From: Geosiphon pyriformis uo1
Lineage: Eukaryota; Fungi; Glomeromycota
Length of the DNA: 64,000 nt
NCBI GenBank assembly: GCA_016748015.1
Contig: JAAOMT010000779.1
Location: forward strand, 186,001-250,000
Reading direction: 5' to 3'
Shown here piece after piece: positions 50,004 to 62,700 of this stretch. Both the position numbers and the translations under genes were made by a program. Position 1 is the stretch's first letter; each line of letters opens with the position of its first letter. The notes below the pieces were generated by a model, which ran no database searches, was not told the origin of the DNA, and worked only from the letters and a program-made list of their open reading frames with translations.

Positions 50004-50771
50004 TGTTACAAGTGTTTATTTAGTTGTTGGAGTAAATAACAAACCCATAACTTGGTGTTCAAGACTGTTGTCGATAATGGCAATCTGAAGGTGTGTTTAT
50101 CTGAAGGTTTTGTTGTGGAGTCTTTTGTATAATAGACAGAGATTCAGTGGTAATAGTTTTTATCCATAGCTTCCCAAAACCACAGTTTCATCAATTTCTT
50201 TCTCAGCATGATGACTGGTGTTTCTCCTGGTAAGCTAACCTTAATTGAGTGTTCTACCCTTATTTCTGGGTCTTTTACCAGTGCTATATCTTAACATCAG
50301 TACCCTGTGCATTAATCCTCAATAGAGTTAGTAATAACAACAATTAAGACAAGAAAATAAAAGAAATGACATAAAGAAATGAACCAAGGCAATGTACAAG
50401 TTAGTATCCATCAATAGCCATGATCAAGAGCTATTGTTCCAGTGTGGTTAAGTATCAATTACTATCAACATAAAGTGTTGATAGTGAAAAGTGGATTTGG
50501 ATAATGAATGATTTATTTATTTAATATTTGTGAATGGAAGATTTCTAACTAAAAGATTCTGCTTTTTTTACTTCTAATGCTACTACTATATATACATAAT
50601 TGATGTTCTATGAGATTACTCACATTTCTGAGCAATGTGTTATAATTTTTTGAGCAATGTGCCATGATTTCTGACATTGCTCCACATTGCTGAGCAATAT
50701 GTTCATGTGCTAAATACTATTCTCTTATTGGTCTACTATTTTCTATATCTGTTTTCTTTTTATGAGTAACA
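50004..50771 (-). mobile_element. Solo LTR, A-related subfamily, inside G3
   Basis: TGTTACAAG...GAGTAACA termini; TSD CTGG/TTGG; colinear with 1037-1885. Confidence 0.9.
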
Positions 50772-51039
50772 TTGGGAAGAAAAAAGAAAAGGAAAAGGCA
50801 AAGAGAAAGAAAAAAAACCAGCCCAAGCTACTATCTTTACATATATACCATATATTTACATACCACAATTCTAGTCAAACTATTGCCGACCAAAGCTTAT
50901 ATGCATTGATTGTGACAAAAAATTGTCATCAATGAGTGCATGCTATAGCAATGATAAAAAATGACCAACGGTGACAAAGTTTTATTACTGACTATGTATT
51001 CTAGAGCATTTTAGATAACCTAAATGACAAAAAAAATGG

Positions 51040-52455
51040 TGTTACCAGGTGAAAGCTATGGATTTGTAACTTTTTAGCAATGACAATAACTTTTACCTGG
51101 AACACACATTATCATGATTATGCTACTGACTATAGCATATTATGGGTGTATGGACTATTTCAGTAGGTGGGAGAGCAAAAGAGATACATGATAAGGTCAT
51201 TAAAAGTAAAAGAAAGTATTGTCATTATTATTTGTTTTTGGGCAAGAACTAGTCTTAGGTATTTGAAAAAAAGAAAAGAAAAGTCATATCTCTTTATATA
51301 TATCAGAAGTGCAACCAACAACAAGAAAAAACCAAAACTACTTAAGAAAATCATAACCAGAATTCTTTCAATTAGTCGTCAAAAGTGTGTGGTATTCAAA
51401 TGTCCGCTTTGAAAACGAAGTTATAGAAATTATAAAAAGATTGTAAAAATAAAACATAACTGAAATAGATTTTGCTTAAACTTTTTATTGTTGAGACCAC
51501 TCTCTAATAATGTGATATTTTATTATTTATTTTTAGATTTAACAACTTGTTTGGTAAAACAAGACTTAATATGAAATAGTGATAACACATAATTTGAAAA
51601 ATTGGAAGTAATAGAACAACTTGAAATGGTGATAACAAGTAGGTAAAAAATTATAAACAACGTAATTCCAAATAGTAATAAGAAATATGGGAAAGCATAC
51701 TTGAAATTGTGATAACAAGTATTTAGAGCATAGGAAGGGAAGAGAGAGTATAAGGAGTAGAGGAGAGAACTAACTGCTCACTATAAAACTATAACAAAAA
51801 GTTGGCTCAGTATTGAACTGATACTTTCCTGAGCTGACAGAGGGACTGTATATATAGCTAAATTATATTAGATCTACATACTATATTAGAACTATTTAAA
51901 ATACATCAATTATTTATATACATTTAATTAATCAATTTATGATGAGCTTACTCAGTCTGTTATTCATCCAAAAGCTAGTAATTTAGATGATCAGATTTAG
52001 ATGGCTGAATCTAGAACATTGATTGTAAATCAATAATACCAATTGTAATTATGATCAACATAATCAGAAGTAGATCAATTGATTACATTTCTTGATAACT
52101 ACTTTTAACTATTGATCGCAGATCTGGAATGTTAAATTGTTCCAATAAAGACATATGAAAATTTTGGAGCATAACAAAATCTGTTGTTATCTGATTACAT
52201 GTGTCAATCATTTGTTTCTATTGGTGTTTCTTAGTTTGCCAAGATTTCTTTGTATCCAACTTAGTTAAACTGTTAGATTGTGTCATATTTCTTTGTTGTA
52301 ATTGGATTGATTGCTGATCATTTATTTTCAGATTGCTGACTGATTTTGTTGATTAAGTGTGATGATGTAGATCTTTTTCACATGATTTTGATGTTAATTT
52401 CTATTGTATGTGTTGTAATTTTTGCATTGAAAAGTGTGAAAATCTTCTAGTAACA
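51040..52455. mobile_element. 1416-bp solo LTR of a distinct family (D), inside the G3 Cys-rich domain
   Basis: TGTTAC...GTAACA termini; TSD ATGG/ATGG; the G3 frame K-W|D-N-K-S-C resumes after it; no similarity seen to A/B/C LTRs; internal GAAATNGTGATAACA repeats at ~51573-51720. Confidence 0.85.
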
Positions 52456-55400
52456 ATGGGATAATAAATCATGTCTTGTATGTGAAGAAACTTTATTAGA
52501 CAAAGGAATGTAGAATAACATTTCAGAACAAGGAGAAATGTGTAACAAATTGTGTCAATACACAATCCTAATAAGTGATTGAGTAAGAAAAGAGACATTG
52601 ATAAAAACAACATAGAGAAAAGCAGTAAGATGTTTGGACAGATATCCACATAATGACAACAAAATATGGCACATAACACTCGCCAAAATTGAAGAAGCAT
52701 TACCAAAAGAAATAAGGACAATTAAAAACAACTCACCAGAATTCATAGAATTCGAGTGGGGCCCAAATCCAGATATTTTTCTAGACTTTATGAACTCAGA
52801 ACACTTTTATGAATACTATTAAGAATTAGCATCTACTAGAGAAGAGCAAGAACAATATTTAGAACAGTTAAAAACTTAATTATGTGACCACTGTTTAATT
52901 TCATGTGACTTTCAATATTGTAATGAGTATAATCTCATCTACAATCTACTATTACACATAATCTACACAATTCCAGAAAAAAATAAACCAATTAGCAGCT
53001 GTGAAGTGAAATCAGAATTACAGTTCAATCTTAATTTAAACTCTAACAATAATGATGACAAAAAAAATGGTTCCAGCTCTGTTCAAAATGGCAATAACAA
53101 TAATAATGATTTGAACTCTGATTCAAATTCAGAACAATATATTGCACTTTTTGATCTCACTAAGAAGCAGAAACTTAAATGGTTCAGTAATAATAATGAA
53201 AATATTATGTCTGAATGCATGCATGATACTGATGCAGAGTTTGATTTGAGATATCTGGGAAAAGAAGCCATAAAATTGGAACCATATTTGCACACATATA
53301 TTGATTTAAAAGTAGCACTAGAAATTCCAACAATGACAATGGTTCAACTAGCATCCAAGAGTAGTTTAGTAAAAAAAGGAATCAATATCAGAAAAAAAAT
53401 AATTAATGCAGGATATATAGAAAATATTATTGCAATGCTACAAAATGATTCAGAAAAAACTTATATCTTAGAGCCAAACAAAAAAATAACACAGGCAATA
53501 TTCCTGCTTCTGGTCAAAATAGCTCAGCTAATATCAGTAGGAGATAGAGAAGAATTAAGAATTACAGTTAAAGGGATTAGTGAATTCGAATCTACAGGTA
53601 GAAAAGACATACCAGTTAACATGGCAGAGGAAGAAATTGTTAACAAGAAAGAAATTATTTCCACCTTTCAATTAGTTTTTATTCCATCATATAACTAGTA
53701 CATGTTAACCATAGAGAGAAAAGTAAAAGACCAGGCTCAAATTTTTGAAACAAAAACAATTATTTGTAAATTAAGAGAAATTGGACTTACCAATCTTTAT
53801 ATACCAGCTAAAAACCACAACCATATCAAAATTTCCATCTACAATACAACAGAAGATGTCATAGAAATACCAAAAAAAACCACTATCAGATATTTAAGCA
53901 CTGAAGTTGAAGACCAACTACCAAATTACATTTCAGATTTTTCACAGCTTTGCAAATATATGGATATTATGTCACAAACTATCTATAGACAAAATTAATG
54001 TTATCTACTCCAACCAAAACAATTGAAACAAATAAACTTGGGAAATTTAGACTCACTGTAATATATACAACTCAAAATGTTATTCAACAACTTTATTGAT
54101 ATTTTTGCAAGTGAAAACAAATTTGGCAGAACTAATATTATCTAGCACCAAATTAAAACTAGAGATGTAATGCCAATCAAACAAAGAACATACAGAGTAC
54201 TACCAGCCAGTCATGAAATCATCTAACAGGAAATCAATTAGATGTTAGACAATAGACTAATTTAGCCATTAATGAGTCTATAATTATTACCAATAGTACT
54301 AGTTTGTAAAAAGAATAGAAAAATCTGCTTTTGTGTAGATTACTAAAAACTTAATAGAGTAATAAAAAGAGATAACTACCCAACTTTAAAGATCCAAGAA
54401 CTTTTCAATGTTTTTAGATAAAAAAAATAATTCTCAACTTTAAACTTAGACAGTGGTTATTGGCAAGTAGCCATGAATTCAGCTAATAAAAAAAAACTGC
54501 ATTCACAATTAAAGAAGAAAATTTCGAATTTGAAGTAATGCTATTTGGCTTAATGAACACTCCAGCCATGTTTCAACAGCTCATAGAAATTGTTTATACC
54601 AGACTACTATGGAAATCAGTAGTCATATATCTGAATAACACTAATGTATTTTTAAAAACATTTGATAATCATCTTCATCATTTACAGCAAATGTTCAAAA
54701 GACTCAGACATGCTGGATTGAAATTAAATACAAACAAGTGTTTTTTTGGCAAAATAGAACTCAAGTTTTTGGAACATGTCATGAGCAAAGATGGCATCAA
54801 AACAGATTCAGACAAAATTGAGATAGTTAAAAACTTTCAAGTACTCACCAACTTGACCAAACTACAAACAGTCTTGAAATTTGCAAGTTACTACTGCCAC
54901 TTCATCAAAGATTTTTCCAAATTGGCTCAGTCATTACACTAGCTCTAAATAAAGAACACTAAATATGAATAGATAGAAAACCAGCAAAAAGCTTTTGATA
55001 CATTAAGAAGAAATCTTATTCAAGCTCCAGTACTGATCTATCTAGATCATAGCAAGTCATTTATAATTACAATTGATATGTCAGGTCAAACATTAGGAGT
55101 TGTACTATCTCAGAAAAAACCAGATGGAAAAGAACATCCAATAGCATATGCTAATTGCAGCTTAAGTTCAGCTGAAAAAAACTATAAAACTCTAACACTA
55201 AAACACTTAGCAATCTATTGGGCAGTCATAAAATAGAAAGAATACTTAAGCCAAAAATTTGACATATACACTGACCATAAAGGATTGATTTCAATCTAGA
55301 AGCAAAAATTTGGAAATAATCACCATGCTAAATAAAAAATAGAACTTTTACCATTTAATTATACAGTACATTACAAAAAGAGAAAAAAAAATGAAAATGC

Positions 55401-55461
55401 TGATGGTTTGTTGCAGATGAGACAAATTTAAAAACATTCCAATCAAAAAATATAACAAAAG

Positions 55462-57500
55462 ATGAATACACAAAAATATTACCAACTTTAACATTTTATA
55501 AATACTCAACAGTTCAAAAAAAAATTATCTCAAAAAGAATAAAACTATATCAAACAACAGTCCAAATATTTTATTACTTACTAAAATATACTTTATTAAA
55601 AAAACAGAAAGAATTCAAATTAACTAACCAGAGTAATTACAGAACCAGAGAAAGAAACAATATTATTCAACATATATTCTAATCCAATAACAGAACATTT
55701 TTACAAAGAAGCAACCATAGAAAGAACCAGAAAAAGATACTATTGGTCATCAATGTATCCAAATATTATCTAATATGTGCAAAATTGTAATATTTGTTAA
55801 AAAAAAGAAGAAACAAAACCCAATGAGCCACTAAGACCAATTAAAATGAAACAACTATTTGATTGTATTAAAATTGACTTAGTTAGACCATTAATAATAA
55901 CCAGCAAAGAAAACAGATATATTGCAGTAGCCATGAATTATTTTACTAAATGGCCAGAAGCAAAAGCCATTCAAAGAGCAAATGCAGAATCTGTTGCCAA
56001 ATTCGTTTATCAAGATTTGATTTGTTGACATGAATGCCCAAAAGAATTACTATTCAACCAAGAAACTCACTTTGTAAATAGAACATTAGCAGAATTAAGT
56101 CAAAAATTTGGAATAAAAAGACCATTATCATCACCATATTATCCATAAACCAATAGCTTAGTCAAAATATTCAATAGAACATTGTGTGAAACAATTGCCA
56201 AAATCAGCCAAAAAAATTAAGACAAATAGAATTTGTTTATACCATCAATATTATTTGCTTATTAGACAATGAAGCAAGACACTATACAAGCAATACTATT
56301 TAAATTAGTATATGGTAGAACAGCAACATTACCAATGAAAATAGAAGTCAGCATATATCCAACTGAATCAATAACAGAAGACAATTTTCAAAAAACATTG
56401 TTAAAAAAAACATATGACTTAATAGAAACACTAAAAAACAAATGGTAAAAAGCAGCTGATAATATTCAAAAGTCACAAAAAAAACAAAAAAAAAGACACA
56501 ATAACCAACTACTGAATAAACCAATTAATTCAGGATTGAAGACAAAGTATTTTTACATTATACCAAAGCAAAAAAACAATGAAGTGGAAAATTTGATTCC
56601 AAATAAGATAGACCATTTCATATAGAAGAAATTCTAGAAAATAGAGCTTATAAATTAAGATGGAACAACAAAATCTTAGCCAAAGCAGCACATAGTGATT
56701 GATTAAAACTATATCATCATATAGTATCATCATCCACCAATAATATTCTATAACTAGGAGTACAACAAATACTAGTTCAACCAAATAAGATTCTATGAGA
56801 TCTGAAACCAATCATAATTATTGAACCAAACATGTCAAATTAAACAATCAAAAAAGTATATAAAGACATGGCATATGCAACAAAAGCAACAAAAAAAATA
56901 GAAATATCTGATCATATTTACATCTTAGCTCAACAATTGTTTCAGGCCTTAAGTCAACAGCAATTAAACATGAAAATTGTTATTAAAACACCAAACAAAA
57001 AGAAAAAAGTACACCATACCAGCAATCACAAAAACAATTAAAAAACTGGTCAAATAAAATAGTAGAGAAAGTAAAGAACACTTTTGGGAAAATATCTATT
57101 ATGGTTCTAACAGAAGAACTTTCAAAAAAAAATTGGAAACAATAGACAGAACAACTTCTAATACTATACTGCTATTATTAGTTGGGACAAAAGCTAAACA
57201 TTTAGAAATTATATCTTGATAAAACCAAAAGAATATTCAATTAAAAAATAATACAGAATATTGAAAATATTATCAAAAAAAAGACAAATCTAATACTGCA
57301 TATTAGAACAATCTATTGATTACACACAATATTTCAAAATTACCCAGAAATATTATTACATTCTAACATAAAAACAATCACTATTAACCAATAGAAAAAA
57401 ATAAACAATGCACAAATTAAAAATATAAAAAACAAAGTTGAACAAACAATATTAGAAAAAAAAATATTAAACTTAATTCAAAGTAAAAATTTTAATGGAG
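55462..57500 (+). pseudogene. G3 integrase (ATG 55462 to ~56840) followed by decayed ORF3 (~56832-57500)
   Basis: YYWSSMY...C..C, IDLVRPL, YFTKWPEAKAI, GPF-like module; a further ~650 nt of coding-like sequence (YYLVG.KA..) up to the PPT. Confidence 0.75.
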
Positions 57501-59799
57501 CTTAATATTAAAAGAAAGAGATAATATTACTCATAAAAAAAATATATAAAGAAAAATAGTAAGAAAACAGATAGACCAATAGGAGAATAGTAGTTAGCAT
57601 GTAAGCACATTGCTCAAAAAATTATAGCACATTGTTTGAGAATATAAGTAATCTTATAGAATCTAAATTATGTATATATAGTAAGAGTATTAAAAGCAGA
57701 AGAAGAAAATTACCAAGATCTTTTTATAACTACATCTTTATTAAAATTTATCAATATCAATAAATAATTATTTACTATCTAAATCACTTTCTTCTACTAT
57801 TAATACTTCATGTTAATAGTATCAAATACTTAATCACACTGAAACAATAGCTCTTGATCACAGCTATTGATGGAATATTAATTTTATTGTCTTGGCTTAT
57901 ATTTTATTTCTTTAATTTTCCTTTGTATTTTATTTTTTTTGTTGTTTACTAATTGATTAAGAATTAAACACTAAGTTATTAACATCAAGAATAGTCTGAT
58001 AAAAGACCCAGAAATAAGAGTAGGGAACTTGAAAATTAAGGATAGCTTACCAGAAAGACACAACTGCCAGAATAAACCAGCCACTATGCTGAAGAAAAAA
58101 ATTTGACAGAATTGCAATTTTAAAAGACTACTTATAAAACAACAATTAAATCTCTGTCCATTACACAAAAAACTTCAATCCAAACTCTTCAGATCACAAA
58201 AATCTTTAGAGACTACTAACATAGTTCAGCTATTGAGCACCAAGTTATGGATTTGTTATTTGATTTAAGACCCCAAATAATCACTTGTAACAATATTTAC
58301 TACAACATAACTACATCAAATAACTGGTACAGAATTGGCTATTTCACTTATAAGCCCAGTAATTCAAATTATAAGAAATAATTTAAAGATAAATTCAGTT
58401 ATTAGAGATTTAACTGTTTCCAGAAAACGTGAATTTACAGTTAACAAACATTAATAACATTCAAAAAAAGAGACCAAAAACCTCTAGTAACAATATTGTT
58501 AATAAATATTACTGTTCACAATCTTTTTGGTTTGGTTTTATTTTATAATAAGAAAATATGTCTTATTATTCATAATTTTGTTTCATATATATAAATATAT
58601 TGTGCTATTATGTGCTTTAATTTTATTATAATTAAAAATACCATTATTTATTTAACTTTGGTTTTTAAGAGTATAAGCTTAATTTGGATTAAACTTTCTA
58701 ATTTACTATGTACTAAATATAAAAAAAACAGTTATATATTCAATATCTGTAAGCCAAATTTAAAATTTTCTGGTCAAAATTTAAAAAAACTTTTTAAATT
58801 TAACAAAAAACATTTTGCTTATATTTATTTAAAAAAACAAGTTTTTGTGTTTTGTTAATAGTATAACTTAAGCTTTTGTAGTAAGTAATGTTTTAAAAAA
58901 AATTTAGTTTATGTTGTTTACAGATATTTTTTTAGTGAAATTTTTACTTAACAATTTTAATAGTATTTCAATAATTTTAGCTTTGATTTTTTATCTAAAT
59001 ATTCTAAAGCATTCCATAGAACTTCTGGCTAATTAAGTTATTAAGATTTTTTATAGTTTAAATACTTTTTGTTCCCAATTATTATTGCCAAATATTAAAA
59101 TAACACTTATATAATATGCTAATTCAGAAATAAACTTGGTTATTAAAGTGATATTACAATCTTTTATGTTTTATTTAATGCAGTTAACATGTTTTAAAAT
59201 ATTTTTTTTAATGAATTCAAAGTTTTAATTGCCAAAATTGATGGTTTAAAAACTAATATAGTGGTTTTAAAAGATTTAATAAAATTAATCTTAAATAAAT
59301 TAAAATTTTTTTGTTTAAATAGTGATATAATATTTTTTTTTTATCTCTAATGAATAGTTTAATTTGAAAAATAGCTACATATAATATTAAAAAAAATAAA
59401 TATTTTTAATAATAAAATAATATTATTAAATAGTATAAAGAATTAAAAAATAATATTTTAATTATTATTAAAATTAAGCTTTGTTTTAATATTAAATTGT
59501 GGATTGTAAATAAATTTACTAGTATAAAAGTATTTATTTTTGGTTTAAATACAAAATATTTAAATGTAGTATTATATTAATTGTAAATAAATATTTGGTT
59601 AAGCATATTTTAAAAATTTCAGAGATTTTTGGCAAATTTTTTTGATTAATTTTTTATTTTAATTTTTTTTTGGTATTTTTTAAATTTTTTTATGTTTTTT
59701 AATTATGTTTAATTTAGAATTATAACAAAAATTTTTTATTTGTAATTTTTTTTATTTAAATTTTTTGACTTGTTTAATAATACAATTAATTTTTTTTGA

Positions 59800-62700
59800 T
59801 ATTTTTTTTTATTATATTTAATGAGCAAGATCCAAACACTGTCTAGTACAATACATTAAGTAATTGATCTAAACTAGATGTGAATCATGCATTTTCTACA
59901 TGTGACCAACCATTTAAGCTGATCAGGACAATGTTACACACCTATATAAACAGAAATAGGATTCTCAATATCCAAAAAAAACAAGTAAGACTTACAAAAC
60001 CCAAAGCCAGTACCAAATGTCTCAACAATACCAAGCAACCTAACCACATCAGCAGAAAGCATTAAGAGCAGTTCAAAAACTGAGACCAGAGCTGAATTAT
60101 TATGTGATATTAGTCCATTTTTTTCTATGAATGCATAATGTTTTGCATGGACAGCCCAAATCTCATCTCTGAAAGCAAAGCAGAAATTATGCACAAAGTC
60201 CATAATCTTCTGACCAGCAATCTTTGAATTTTCAAAAACAGACATAGTCTTTTGTAGCCAATCATTAAAAACAAAATCTTTACAAAGAATTATACACACT
60301 GCCATATTCAAAACACAGAAGAATAGCAACTAAAACACACATAAAGAAGAGTAAGAAAGACCAGAAAGCACACTCTAAGCAACTACATAAACATTCAACA
60401 ATCAATGGCAAACAAAATCATCAACCATGTAAAAAAAAACATGATCTAAAATCTCAATATTACCACAATACAGACACAACACACTAGAATAATATCTGTC
60501 ATACAGGTGTTTTCAAACAACAACTGGCAGCTAATGGTGTAAAGTCTTCATAAAATATATATAGACACCAGCAGTTGACCTACTAGTAAAACCAGTAGCC
60601 ATGTACAAATCGAGATGCCACATCATAGATAAATTAGACCAATCAACATCAAACAACAAATTACTATTCAGAACTTTAGAACCAAAACTGACTTCTTAAT
60701 ATGCACAATAAATAGACCAAAAGATACCACAAACAAAATGTCTAGAATTGTCAGAAACAACATTGCCATCAGCCATAATGTAACATTCATCTAACTGGAA
60801 CAAAAGATACCAAAAAGAAAGAGAAGCCATATTAGCAAGTATGTCCATATATACATTACCCAACACATCTAAATGCTCTTTAACCTTTTGCCAATAAATG
60901 TTTAAGTTTTTATTCTGAACAATATTTACTATGTGCTAACATTCAACCCAATACTAATTCCAAAAATCTGGATATACAAGACCCAAATCCAATATATATA
61001 CATCCAAAGTAGTCTAACTATCTGTAAAAAAACAAACCAAGCTGAAAAAGAGAACACACTTGAGAGCCAGCACAATAGCCTGCAATTTCACTAGAATAGA
61101 AAACATCAGATCTGAAACTCTGACCCCCAAACTCAGGTCAATATTCTTAAAATAAACTACTGTACCAGCCTTAATATTCACACTCCCCAAGTTCTTTAAA
61201 GAACTATTAGTATAAACAGAAAGACTATTAGCTATAACATTTAACAAATAATTGTGTACAAGCCTAAATTCACCAGACTCTAAAACATTCAAAGATCTAA
61301 AAACACCCAAAAAAGTCAAGCAAGTGAAAGAAGAATTCACATCATTAAGAAAGCTAACAGAATGCCCAAACCAGTCAGGAATAGAGCCATGCAGATCTAA
61401 TCTTTTTCAATGCTTGAAAGTTTTCCAACTAAAAACAGAATCATTCTTACAGTAAAGCTGTTCCACAAAAGCAATGTCATAGTGCTGAAGAGATAGGAGA
61501 AACTTAAAAAATTCAGACTTGCCAAGAACTGACAACATAGGAGTTCTATTACAAAAACGGAAAAAATTGTTCATATAATTACCCAAAGACAACTCACACC
61601 CAAGAAAAATACAAACCATACCTGCCAAAAAATTATTAGAAGCATTGACCCTAATATGAGCAGGAGAGACCAAAGAGTAAAGTGGACTCCAAGACAAAAC
61701 TTGCAAGTCATGAGACTGGTACAAAAACAAACAACCCAAAATTCTAACAGAGTTTGCAAAATACACTATAGAAGCCACTTTGTTTTCAGCCTAGATCTGC
61801 TCAAAAGTTTTCAAACCATACAACAAAAAATAACAGAGTGTATCATTGGGAAAATCAAGAGACAAACTGGATTTCAATTTCAAGTCTTTACAGATTAAAG
61901 CATCTTACTTATTGCACACATTAATAGGAACAAAGCTAAATTGTATTTTGTAGCTAACAATAGAATGGAGAACTGCTAACACCAGATATAAAAATTGCTT
62001 ATCAGAAACAGCCTTTTTCAGAACAAAATTGGCAAAAAAATAGACATCAGAATGTGTCTTAGCCAAACTAGGCTTTGACAAACTCTCAGTTGATAAAAAG
62101 ATATCTAAGTAGTGATAAGATTTGCTTTTTTTGGTGATAAAAATAGGTGAACCACTGATTGACAAATTAGAGCAATCAACTCTGCAATTAATAGGAATAA
62201 CTACTGTCTTGTCATTATTGATAGAAATGTTATTGATTCAAAAAAATTCACTAGTCACATTAAAAATGTGTTGGGTTGTAGTTTGGCTGCTATCTATTCA
62301 AATTGTATTATCAACAAAAGCACCAGCAGTAAGAAAAGATGTCAATCCAGCTTGAGATTTCAAGCAACCTATTCTGGCAACATAATAAAAGTTCAGCCTA
62401 TATCCATATATACTTTCCTGTTTCTTGACCTTACACAAAAGGGGATCATAAAATATGCACCAAAAAAGTGACAAGAACACCTCTCCTTGGTCTAAACTGT
62501 CATGCACTTGATATTTATCTGTCAACCCAAAATTTATCATAATCTTATTGACACAATTATTGTGAATGCCACCAAAAAATCTAATAAACTTGTCACATAT
62601 TTTTATCCTAACCAAGCTTCTTCTAAGATGTTCTCACCCAATAGAGTCATAGGCCTTTTTTATGTCTTGTAAGACCAACCAAAGTTCACAATTCTTCTTC

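Larger units (their letters stand above)
47242..55431 (+). pseudogene. G3 ORF1 (extension-Gag-PR-Cys-rich-dUTPase-RT-RH), interrupted twice
   Basis: MAYALIAKIEKFTGE, KLILNS.LADSIIT, DTDAEFDLRY...INAGYIENI...EFESTG, MLFGLMNTPAMFQ, YTDHK; ends in LLQMRQI*. Confidence 0.82.
46361..58292 (+). mobile_element. Ty3/Gypsy LTR retrotransposon G3 (family A LTRs; older, more decayed) carrying two solo LTRs
   Basis: LTRs at 46361-47179 and 57525-58292; TSD ATGT/ATAT (ancestral ACGT); PBS TGGTGCTTTC; purine tract before the 3' LTR; Gag ~48145, PR ~49500-49880, dUTPase ~53210-53600, RT ~54240-54800, RH, IN, ORF3. Confidence 0.92.
45617..58492 (+). mobile_element. Solo LTR, family B, split by G3 into 45617-46360 and 58297-58492
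   Basis: TGTTACC...GTAACA termini; TSD ATGT/ATAT; the halves join at gttgaYgt|ttactacaac as in the intact copy at ~36061. Confidence 0.88.
22940..59650 (+). mobile_element. Old LINE 5' part (ORF1 and start of APE endonuclease) split into three pieces: ~22940-23339, 44965-45616, 58493-~59650
   Basis: The pieces read as one decayed frame across both nests. ORF1-like LL.T..|..AHNLF....KIC.I.HN..SY...CAIMCF spans the second insertion; APE-like MNSLI*KIATYNI...IIIKIKL...WIVNKF at ~59350. Confidence 0.65.
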
